Shown here: piece after piece, positions 32,588-41,586 of the stretch
How positions within the stretch are numbered: position 1 is the first letter of the stretch
Layout: every line of letters starts with the position of its first letter
Assembly (NCBI RefSeq): GCF_000142905.1
Contig: NW_013657669.1
Span: 62,001-126,000, forward strand
Direction: 5' to 3'
Length of the DNA stretch: 64,000 bases
From: Thecamonas trahens ATCC 50062
Lineage: Eukaryota; Protista; Apusomonadida
Notes under the pieces: generated by a model
Told to the model about the DNA's origin: nothing
What the model saw: only the letters and a program-made list of their open reading frames with translations
Database searches by the model: none
Translations under genes and position numbers: made by a program

Positions 32588-35500
32588 TCATCGCCGGAGG
32601 GAGACGGACCGGCGGATGGCAGACGCGTCGCCGGATGCGCCGGCCTGCTGCTGCTGGAACTCGCCGTTGAGGATCCGGGTTCGGAGATCGGCAGACAGGC
32701 AGTGGCGTGCGAGAAAGGCGTCGAGCTGCGACCGCGGCGCCAATGCGGCCTCACTGCCGATCTTGGCGTCGTAGTATCGTGAGAGCTCGATGAAGAGCGA
32801 CGGCGTCGCTCCATATGTCTGCCGGTAGTCGTCAAAGTACCGGCTGTTGCTGTTCTGGATGGCGTGCCGGAAGATCGGCTCAAGCCATCCGGCCTGCTGT
32901 CCGACATCGTACGCCTGCGCCACAAGGTACGCCTCGCGGAAGGCCGGCTGATCCGCCATGGCAACGCGCGCTTGCTCGGGGGTGAGCCCAACCAGCGCCT
33001 CGCCTGGCTTCTCCAGCTGGAGGCCGACCAGCGCTGCCATGTGCATGCACCGCCGCGCCGCATGGAGGCAGTCTTCGAGCTGGAAGCTCTTCGACGCCTC
33101 AAGGTAGAGGCGGAAGACTCCAACGCATGCGTCGTGCCGTCCCGGGCCGGGCTTCTCGCTGCCAACGACTGCAAGCGCCTCGTCGGCCTTGGCCATCAAC
33201 GTCTCGGCCCGCTCGCGGACCATTCCGAACCGTGCGTACAGCTTGGTGAGCTTGGAAAGGTCATTCGGCGCGCGCACCTGCAGATACTGTCGCAGGAAAA
33301 ACTGCAGTCGCCAGTCAGGCTCCTCCTCGGATGAGCCCGGGGCAAAGATGAGGTCGAATGCATCCGCCGCCATCAGCGCGTCCAGAATGTACATCGTCTC
33401 GCGATACCTCTTGAGCGAGCGGAAGAGAAAGGCGCAGAGCCCGTAAGCCCCAGCGCGGAGATACGACTCGCTCTTGGCGCGCACAAGCTCCAGAAGAGCG
33501 TCGACAACGTCCACCGCACCGGCTAGGTCGTAGCAAAAGTGGGCTCGCGCCATAATCTCCACCTCGCACGCTCCCGGCAGTTTGCGCTGCTGCGAAATGG
33601 CGTCCATGAGGCAGTCACCCAGTCGGGTGAGATCCTTACACAGCGCCGCAAACGCGCCAAACTGCCCGGTGGACCACATCGGAAAGGCCTCGGGGAGTAG
33701 CCGACCGCCGGCACCAGCGCCACCGTCGCCGCTAACCCGCGAGTGGTGTGTTTCCAGCGCAAGTGTAAAGACCTTCGCCAGCAGCGCCCCAATCTTGCCA
33801 GTGTCGAGCTCGTGAAGGCTGATGAACCGCCCGGCGAGTGCAAAGTTGTCGCGACCCTGATGGAGGAGCACAAAGACAACTTGATACGGATCCTTGGCCA
33901 GCACGTCGTCGTACGACAGCTGAAGAACCGACGCCACCCGGTAGTTGGTGATGATGTGCTCAAACGCGTCCTTGGCCTCGCGCGTCGCCTCTTGCAGCCG
34001 CCGCAGCTTGTCCAGCATCGACGTTGGCGAGCCGATGAGCGCAAGAACAGCGTCCGGCAGCTCCGCCGCCACGCTGGCGTCGCGCACAAGTGCCACAGCT
34101 GCACTAACGTTCTCCAGCGCCTTGCACTCGACGTGGAGCTTGCCTGCAATCGACATCGCCTCGGTCACCTTGCCCGAGTTGAGGAGGTGGACGACAAGCT
34201 CGCGGACGTCGACATCGCTCGAGCTCCCGTTGTACGACTCTGGCAGGTACGTCAGCGTCCACACCTCGGTCTGCAGCGAGTCAAGGAACGCTACAGGCTT
34301 ACCGCCTTCGCTTCCGGCGCCGGCGGTAAACCACTCGAGCGCCAGCGAATACAGCACTAGGAGTTCGTCCGGCCCAGGCTGTGGCTCGATCGAGTCAGCC
34401 AGCGAGTAGAAGAACTCACCAGCATGCGATGGCGAGGTTTCGTGCTTGACAAACACCTCATTACACTGCCGCCATAGCCCCTCGCGCTCAGAGCCGGACT
34501 CGGAGACATACATCCACCCATTGGCCGACGCTGCAGCCACAAGCATGCCCACCTCGGAGAGCGTGATGGCGTCGTGCGGTCGCCCACTGAGCGCGGCAAC
34601 CCCGCGCGCCGCGTCAAACGCGCCGCGCTCCATCAGCATGCCGATAATGACCTCGGGTGCCGCGTCCGGCTCGACCGCCTCGCCCAGCCCGGCACCGGCG
34701 AGACTCGCGTGGATCTTCCACAGCACGCCCAGCCCAACCTCACCCTCGGGTGCGCCTTGGTCCACCACTCGCCACGCCCCGGAGCCGGCCACGAGCTCCA
34801 GTAGGACTTGCTTCTCGTACCGGGTCGGTGCCACTGCAAGCACCCTGCGGAGACTCTTCCATCCTGCCTTGCGGTACCACTCCAGGGAAAGTTCCAGCTC
34901 GTCGCCACCCTCGCTCACGTCTTCCACAGCAGCAAGGAATGCCTCCAGCGCCCGGCGCGCCTTGCCATACATGTACGCCTGGAACGAGGCCACACACGCC
35001 ACCAGCGCCTCGATACCCGATCCGGGGGCAAAAACCCGGATGGCGTCGAGCAGCGCGTGGGTGCTTGCCGCATCCTCGCAAATCATCACTACCTGCAAAA
35101 GCCGCTCGCTTAGCTCGCCATCGCCCGCATGTCCGCCACCCAGCTTGGCGTGCGCCTCGCAATACGCCACCAGGCCGGTCAGCCGGCTCGCGCCCACCAG
35201 CTCGACCGCCAGCACAGCAAGGCTGGGAATCTGGAGCTCGACAGCCACCTGACAGAGCTCGTCGCCGGTCACCAGCTCGGCACCATGATCAGAAGCAAGG
35301 AGCCCAGCTGAGAAGAGCATGGCGGCAGCCTGCTTCTCACGATCGCCGTCGGCGGCAAGCCACGCCCGCTGCACCTCGTCGAGCACCCGCTGGCTTGTGT
35401 CGTACTCTGCCAGCCGCGCCACGTGGTCGCCCAGCTGCGGCTCGGGCACCAATTTCGCCAGTCGACTCGCCACCGCCCCGAGCGGAAGCGTAAGCTCCGC

Positions 35501-38500
35501 TGCTTCCGCCACCATTCGGTGGACCTCGGATGCCGAGCCGTACGCCGTGAGCGTCCGCATCTCCAGCGGCCAGGTGTACAGCCTTGTTGCCAGAGCCACC
35601 ATCCGCCATGCCTGCGCCGCCTCGGGGCTCGCCCGCGGGTCGTCGCCAAACTCGGCCGCCACGCCCGCTGCTAGCTCTGCAGCAGCCTCGCTCTCGCCCT
35701 CGAGAACCAGTGACCAGTTTCGCGCGTCCACGTCGCCGTATCCGCGAGGCATCGCATCCGGTAAGCCAATGTACCGGCTGGCTACAGCGTCAATCCGAAG
35801 CCCTAGGCTCTGCAAGCCAACCATGTGCGCAAAGACCATTGCGGAGCGAGACACACGCTCGCTGCGATCCGGCGCTGTCACCAACCTCCGCAACAGGACC
35901 AGCAGCTCGGCATTCTCCATTTGCTCGTGGTTGTCACACTGGGTATGCGCGGTGTATGCCGCGCCAGGCTGGCCAGCCTCGAGATAGTAGACCACGTCGA
36001 GATCGACCGCAACAGGTGGGACGTCCAACCGCGGCGGCGGGTGCGCCAGCGACGGCAGCGGCCGCAGCGGCCCGCTTCCCCAAACCGTAGCGAGCTGGAC
36101 ATCGACGGCAGTCGCGAGCGTCGCCATCAGCGACATGTCTCCGGCAGATGAGAGAACGTCAAAGAGCAGCGTGTCAGACAGAGGTGCCCGGACCGGTGCG
36201 CCTCGTGGGTGAGCAGGGTCGAGAAGTGCAAACAGGGTTGGATAGCCCGGCCGCGGCGGGGGATCCCACTCAAACCTTGCAAACACGCCCGAGACATTGT
36301 CTGGATCCTCGAGCTGAGCCAGCGCGAGCGCGACCAGTAGCCGCGACTCGACACCCATGCCGTCGGCTGCGGCGGTCGAGAGCAGCGCCGCCGAGGCACG
36401 GCCGGCAGACGCCAGCGCCGCCGCGCTCAGGTCGCGGCCCGCAACACGAAAGGCGACCACCGATGCAAGCTTGGTCGCCAGCTCGGGAGCCTGGTTCGCG
36501 GTGAGGACCTCGTTGGGCACGTTGTGAGCCTCTGCAAACGCGTACAGCAGTCGCAGTGTCGGGGCCTCGCCAAGGACTCGCATCAGCTCGACAGCCAGCT
36601 GATGCGGATCGTGGCCGGCACTCGCCAGTGGTGCCGAGGCGAACAGCTGCCCCGCCACAGCCGGCCAAAACAGCGACGGAAAGTCGCTGGCTCCGACCGA
36701 GGCCGGCATGACAAGATGTGAGGAGGCGACTCTCGCCACCACCGCCTCCAGAGGCGTGTCCAGCGCGAGCACCCGCTTGGCCGTGACCCAGGCCTCAGCG
36801 TGCTCGCTAGCAAGGACTCGCGCCGCGACTCGGTCGTCGACGCTGGCCACCGGAGCAACCAGGCAGTTCTGTGCAAGGACGACGGCGACCGCGCGCCCAA
36901 GCTCATCGGCCAGGTCAGGGAACCGCGCCCGTAGCTCCTCCAGTGCAGCTGAGAGCTTGGCCGTGCCCTCGCCGGCGCAAAGGATTGCATCGACTAGGAC
37001 TCGAGCCAGGACCTGCGGCGACCAGCGCTCGACGGAGCTCAGCGGTGCCGCAAAGTAGCGGCCAGCAACCGAGGTGGGTGCGCCGGGCTCGCCTGGCTTG
37101 GCAGTGCCAGGTGATGGCAGCGGCGTGAGGCCCCAGTGGTCGAGGACAAGAGCTCCTGCGCAAGCGGGCTCCGCTGCCGGTGGAACCGAGGCCAGGCCCT
37201 GCTCCAGCTCAGAGGCAAGGCGCTCGACAACCTCGTCTCCGCGGGCAAGGACAGATTCGGTCTGCAGCGGACGGCCCGACCAGTCCCCAACCGGATAAAC
37301 CGACTCGAGGAAGCGGAGAGCGTCGAGGCGGCTCCGTGGTGTGCTCTCACCGACAGCACGGAGGAGCCGATTTCGAAGCGGACGGTTGAGCGTAGTCTCG
37401 GCGAGCGCAGTTAGGTACGGCTCCGGGGCGAGGCCGAGTGAGGAGAGCATGGCGATGCCCGGACCGAGCTCGTTTGACTCGGGATCGGCCGGGACGTAGG
37501 TCTCAATGGTGGCGAGAGCGAGCGGGACTCCGATGGTCTTGATGTCGGCGAGCGAGTACTGACCGCCCGAGGGTGTCGTGAGGCCGCGTGCGCGGAAATA
37601 GGCGAGGGCGGTTGAGACCCGCGAGTGGATGAGCGCATCGCGGAGAATGGCTGGGGCGGAGAGCGAGGCCCAGTTAGTGTAGACCGAGGGTCGGAGGGCG
37701 GCAGAGTCGTCGCCGTCGGTGGAGTCAGGGGCGGCTGCGCCCTCGGCCACAAACTTGGCGGCAAGCTTGGACGACGAGAGCATAAAGGTACGGACGCTAA
37801 CGAGCGCATCCGAGTACCCCGAGGTGTCCGAGCCTGCAGCAGCGGCGGCGGAAATGGCGGTGGAGAGGAACGACATGGTGAGCTTAGCGAGCATGCGCGC
37901 AAAGTCACGGAGGTTGTAGTCGCGGGCAGTGGCGGCAGCCGAGGCCTCGTCGAAAAAGGCGAGAAGGACGGCGATGGCCTCGAGCGCCTGTGAAGCGTCG
38001 AGCTCGCGGAGCGCCTGGCGGACGACGTCGACCTGGCGGTAGAGGATACCAAGCTTGAGCGCGTGCATGCGGAGCTGACGACGGCCCCAGCCGTTGAGCG
38101 CGCACAGGGCGTGGGCGGTCTCGGTATCTTCAAAGATGATGGTGGCATTGATAAGCGCCTGTCTCGAAGCAACATGAGGCGAGGCGACAACAATGGCGTC
38201 ACCAAGGAGAAAGTGTGCCGGGAGGCCGCCGAGCGCCGACGGCGACGACGCGAGGAGCGGTACCATAGGAAAGCCAAACGCGTGCCAACGCGATGAGTTC
38301 GTCCAGGCCTGAAAGACCGAGGTGGTTGTGGCGACGGTGACGGCGACGCCGTCGGTACACACTGCCGACACGTTGAGGATGGCAGGCGGATGCGCAGCGC
38401 ACGGGGCGAGGACTGAAGCGGCGGGCACGTCGGCAAAGCCGGACTTCCATTCGGGGTAGTCGCCAGCAAAGCCTGTCTGTGCCGGAGCGTGCCGTGGCCG

Positions 38501-39952
38501 GTGCCACTGACTGAGGACGCCAAGTGCTTGCGGGAGGCGCGCGGTGGTCTGGGGTGAGGCGAGGAGCTCAACCCAGTTGATGGGCGTCTCGTGCCAGGCT
38601 GTTTGGTCGAGTCCGGGTGCAGCCATGGCGCGGGTCCAAACACTCTCTGCGTACGTCTGCAGCGCCCAGCTCGACCAGTGGCTTGCCAGCCGCTGGGTGT
38701 GAGAGTTGGCCGGGTGGACACAAAGTGGCGGTCGCGACGGCAGTTCGATGCTGCCAGTGCCGCCGCCGGCGATAGATCCCGAGTCGGGCGCTAGCTGCGG
38801 GTGGACAGTGGCGAGCGGGACGCCGTCAAGCATGGCAGCGAGCAGCGGTGCACCGAGCGGCGCAACCCAGACCCGGCTAGCCGAATCGACCACAGTCACT
38901 AGGTGCAGATCAAGCGAGAGCGTGGCAGCAACCGGGCGGGCGGCGCGAGCGGCAGCCAGTGCCTCGGCCGGCACCTCGGCGTCCCAGGGGCAGCCGCTGG
39001 TGACGGCTGCGCGGACAACCGAGACATAGGCGATAAGGCGCGGAGTGGCACCTGGTGCGACAGCGTCGAAAATCGCAACATGGCAGCCTGCCATGGTGTC
39101 TGGCGCGACAACGGCGAGTGCGTGGGCAGTGTCGGGAACCATGACGAGGGAGCAAAAGTCTAGCGCTGCGGGCGAGCGAGCCTCGTCACCGACGCCCAAA
39201 CGCAGCGGGCCGTCAGCAGCCACGCCGTGCTCGAGCGCGGTACCCGCGGAAGCGAGTGCAATGAGACGAAGCCGTCCCTCGCCGTCGACATACACCGCTT
39301 CGTGTGGGTCTCGGCCAGCGGCGAGAGTAGCCAGGCCCGCATGCGGAAGCGCGAGCCAGCTCGGAACGCCATACGCCAAGTCTGTTCCAATCTGCACGGT
39401 CGCAGCAGAAGCGATGTCCACCACCTGCGACTTCTCCCAGCCGTCGTCAGGCAAGGCCAGAGCAAGGACTCTGGCAGGGGAGCACGACGAACCAGATGCC
39501 AAGCCAGCACTCATCTGACCAGAGTTGTTCGATTGACAACCATGTGCCGAACCGGACGACAACGACGACGGTGACGATGACGATGACAACGATGATGATC
39601 TTGAGGAAGAGTCGAAGGCGAGGAGGAGGACAGGACCACTGCCTGAAGCAAGCCAGACAAGAGCCAACGGCAGCTGAGGAGACATCAGTTTGAGGGTAGG
39701 TAGAGATGAGAGAGACGAGCTCGAGTTCAAACTAGTGTGTTGTTCCGGCGACATGTCATGGTTGACAGGCGGGAGTGAGACGACCGAGATGGTTGGGGTG
39801 CCAGCAGCCGAGGTAGCAGACGAGGTGGTGGTGGACGAGGACATGGAGAGGCATTCGACAGCAAGATATGCTCCACAATGGGATGCATGAGCTCGACGAC
39901 TCCCGGGCTCGGCACGCCAGTCGAGCTGCCGTACGCAAACGGGGGCGTCCAT
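32588..39952 (-). CDS. SPG11: Spatacsin (SPG11)-like AP-5 accessory protein
   Basis: About 2450-aa ORF with a beta-rich N-terminus and alpha-solenoid. The C-terminus CEVEIMARAHFCY...YGLCAFLFRSLKRYRETMYILDAL...FREAYLVAQAYD...W matches the Spatacsin_C pattern. The start lies next to a gap, so it is uncertain. Confidence 0.88.
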   Translation of the reverse strand: MDAPVCVRQLDWRAEPGSRRAHASHCGAYLAVECLSMSSSTTTSSATSAAGTPTISVVSLPPVNHDMSPEQHTSLNSSSSLSSLPTLKLMSPQLPLALVWLASGSGPVLLLAFDSSSRSSSLSSSSSPSSLSSGSAHGCQSNNSGQMSAGLASGSSCSPARVLALALPDDGWEKSQVVDIASAATVQIGTDLAYGVPSWLALPHAGLATLAAGRDPHEAVYVDGEGRLRLIALASAGTALEHGVAADGPLRLGVGDEARSPAALDFCSLVMVPDTAHALAVVAPDTMAGCHVAIFDAVAPGATPRLIAYVSVVRAAVTSGCPWDAEVPAEALAAARAARPVAATLSLDLHLVTVVDSASRVWVAPLGAPLLAAMLDGVPLATVHPQLAPDSGSIAGGGTGSIELPSRPPLCVHPANSHTQRLASHWSSWALQTYAESVWTRAMAAPGLDQTAWHETPINWVELLASPQTTARLPQALGVLSQWHRPRHAPAQTGFAGDYPEWKSGFADVPAASVLAPCAAHPPAILNVSAVCTDGVAVTVATTTSVFQAWTNSSRWHAFGFPMVPLLASSPSALGGLPAHFLLGDAIVVASPHVASRQALINATIIFEDTETAHALCALNGWGRRQLRMHALKLGILYRQVDVVRQALRELDASQALEAIAVLLAFFDEASAAATARDYNLRDFARMLAKLTMSFLSTAISAAAAAGSDTSGYSDALVSVRTFMLSSSKLAAKFVAEGAAAPDSTDGDDSAALRPSVYTNWASLSAPAILRDALIHSRVSTALAYFRARGLTTPSGGQYSLADIKTIGVPLALATIETYVPADPESNELGPGIAMLSSLGLAPEPYLTALAETTLNRPLRNRLLRAVGESTPRSRLDALRFLESVYPVGDWSGRPLQTESVLARGDEVVERLASELEQGLASVPPAAEPACAGALVLDHWGLTPLPSPGTAKPGEPGAPTSVAGRYFAAPLSSVERWSPQVLARVLVDAILCAGEGTAKLSAALEELRARFPDLADELGRAVAVVLAQNCLVAPVASVDDRVAARVLASEHAEAWVTAKRVLALDTPLEAVVARVASSHLVMPASVGASDFPSLFWPAVAGQLFASAPLASAGHDPHQLAVELMRVLGEAPTLRLLYAFAEAHNVPNEVLTANQAPELATKLASVVAFRVAGRDLSAAALASAGRASAALLSTAAADGMGVESRLLVALALAQLEDPDNVSGVFARFEWDPPPRPGYPTLFALLDPAHPRGAPVRAPLSDTLLFDVLSSAGDMSLMATLATAVDVQLATVWGSGPLRPLPSLAHPPPRLDVPPVAVDLDVVYYLEAGQPGAAYTAHTQCDNHEQMENAELLVLLRRLVTAPDRSERVSRSAMVFAHMVGLQSLGLRIDAVASRYIGLPDAMPRGYGDVDARNWSLVLEGESEAAAELAAGVAAEFGDDPRASPEAAQAWRMVALATRLYTWPLEMRTLTAYGSASEVHRMVAEAAELTLPLGAVASRLAKLVPEPQLGDHVARLAEYDTSQRVLDEVQRAWLAADGDREKQAAAMLFSAGLLASDHGAELVTGDELCQVAVELQIPSLAVLAVELVGASRLTGLVAYCEAHAKLGGGHAGDGELSERLLQVVMICEDAASTHALLDAIRVFAPGSGIEALVACVASFQAYMYGKARRALEAFLAAVEDVSEGGDELELSLEWYRKAGWKSLRRVLAVAPTRYEKQVLLELVAGSGAWRVVDQGAPEGEVGLGVLWKIHASLAGAGLGEAVEPDAAPEVIIGMLMERGAFDAARGVAALSGRPHDAITLSEVGMLVAAASANGWMYVSESGSEREGLWRQCNEVFVKHETSPSHAGEFFYSLADSIEPQPGPDELLVLYSLALEWFTAGAGSEGGKPVAFLDSLQTEVWTLTYLPESYNGSSSDVDVRELVVHLLNSGKVTEAMSIAGKLHVECKALENVSAAVALVRDASVAAELPDAVLALIGSPTSMLDKLRRLQEATREAKDAFEHIITNYRVASVLQLSYDDVLAKDPYQVVFVLLHQGRDNFALAGRFISLHELDTGKIGALLAKVFTLALETHHSRVSGDGGAGAGGRLLPEAFPMWSTGQFGAFAALCKDLTRLGDCLMDAISQQRKLPGACEVEIMARAHFCYDLAGAVDVVDALLELVRAKSESYLRAGAYGLCAFLFRSLKRYRETMYILDALMAADAFDLIFAPGSSEEEPDWRLQFFLRQYLQVRAPNDLSKLTKLYARFGMVRERAETLMAKADEALAVVGSEKPGPGRHDACVGVFRLYLEASKSFQLEDCLHAARRCMHMAALVGLQLEKPGEALVGLTPEQARVAMADQPAFREAYLVAQAYDVGQQAGWLEPIFRHAIQNSNSRYFDDYRQTYGATPSLFIELSRYYDAKIGSEAALAPRSQLDAFLARHCLSADLRTRILNGEFQQQQAGASGDASAIRRSVSLRR

Positions 39953-39983
39953 ACTGACGTAGGGTGGGTGGGGGTGGGGGGTT

Positions 39984-40083
39984 NNNNNNNNNNNNNNNNN
40001 NNNNNNNNNNNNNNNNNNNNNNNNNNNNNNNNNNNNNNNNNNNNNNNNNNNNNNNNNNNNNNNNNNNNNNNNNNNNNNNNNNN
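39984..40083. other. Assembly gap
   Basis: Run of N. Confidence 1.
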
Positions 40084-40283
40084 GGGGGGGGGGGGGGGCG
40101 AATGCTCTTCGAGTCCGCAGAAGAGAGACGGCCAAACTTGTCGAAGGAGAGAGGAGAGAGGGAAAGAACAGCTCAGTGCTATTGCTGCTGACAGTGTGGC
40201 GATGACAAGGGTGGGCGGGTTGGTAGTGGTGGATGGTGGGTGGTGATGATGGTGACGGTGGTCAGTGGCGGCCAGAAGACAGA

Positions 40284-40743
40284 CTACTGGTCAGATGGCG
40301 GAGCGATGGCGGCGAGAAGGTCGTCGGAGGCTGCCCGGAGAGCCGATGCGGTGTCGATGCGAGCCTGGACCGCAGCCATGACGGCCGGAATGTCTTGTGG
40401 GTGGGCGTTGCGGCGGGTAGTATGACTGGCGTTGTCGTCGAGCTGTGCATGCCGGACGATCTTTGCCGGCATGTCCGACCCATCTCTCCTCAGCAGCTCC
40501 ATGTTGACGGCAGCGTACATGTCCACCAGCTCCGAGTACACCGCATCGCACTGGTCATGAAACAGCTCCAGCGCTTTGCCGATTTCAACCACATCATCCT
40601 TGGCCTCGCTCTCGGACGGCTCAGCCCTCCGACTCAAGACTGTCATGACCTTGCCCATCAGCGCCTGCAACACCATCGATTACGTTGCGCAAACCACGAC
40701 AACCACAGATCGCGACAGCATAAGCACCCCACAACGCACACAG

Positions 40744-40803
<60 letters not shown>

Positions 40804-41011
40804 CAGATGCGTGAGTATGCATGGCCTGTCTGTGGACTATGCCCCACCCCCCCTCCCCCCCTCGACTCTGCCTCCTCAGCGAGACACGTACCTCCAGCTG
40901 CTTCTCCAGAGCGTCTACCTGCTCGAGGGCACGGGTGTGAAGACCAGTACGGGCAGCAGCTTGGACCATAGGTGATGGCTGTGGCTGTCGACTGACAACC
41001 TCTCCGCTCAT
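40284..41011 (-). CDS. MED29: Probable Mediator subunit 29 (Intersex)-like protein, 2 exons (41011-40892, 40664-40284)
   Basis: GAG|GTACGT ... TTGCAG|GCG joins in frame. LEKQLEALMGKVMTVL, IGKALELFHDQCDAVYSEL and VMAAVQARIDTASAL parallel the three helices recalled for animal MED29. Confidence 0.62.
40747..40798 (+). repeat. (GA)n microsatellite in an intron
   Basis: Direct inspection. Confidence 0.95.
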
Positions 41012-41586
41012 GGTCGTCTCGTGAGTCAAGAGTGGCGTTAGTCGTGAACGCCATGCGATGCGGCGCGGTGCGGTACGGTGGTCGCGTAGGAGTCGGGCCC
41101 ACTCGCCGAGTCGAGCCGATGCCGATCTTGACCAGATGAGCTTACTTGATCGGTGTTGGTTGACACGTGCAGTCTCTACTCACCCTGTGTATCTCATTCA
41201 TCGCACTGGCTATGGCCGATCAATCGCAGTATCGGCTGCGGTTGCGCGCGCCGCGGATGTGTGTCTGTCCCAAGGGCTGACAAGCATGTGATCCACCCGC
41301 TGCAGCCGCACCTCCGCCTCCACTCCGTCTCCCTTCCCCACATCCCCTCCCTACATCTGCATGTTCTCATTCGCCTGTTATATCCATGCCCATAACACTC
41401 CCCAACTCTACACGATCACCACATCGGTTGTCTCCTGCGGGAGAGCGGAGCGGCGCGAGGAGCAACGGAACAGCGGCGGCAGGAGCAGGCCATGACGACC
41501 ACCTCACCCATAGCCATAGCCATACCCACACATACCCATACCCATACTCATACTCATACATAGGTACACGCATATATACCTATACC

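Noticed and set aside
39953-40135. N-terminal extension of the SPG11 ORF
   Set aside because: It crosses a gap and C-rich, UTR-like sequence, so it cannot be supported.
41386-41586. Upstream in-frame extension of the adaptor gene
   Set aside because: Composed of CATACC-type simple repeats; ATG 41587 directly precedes repeat 1.
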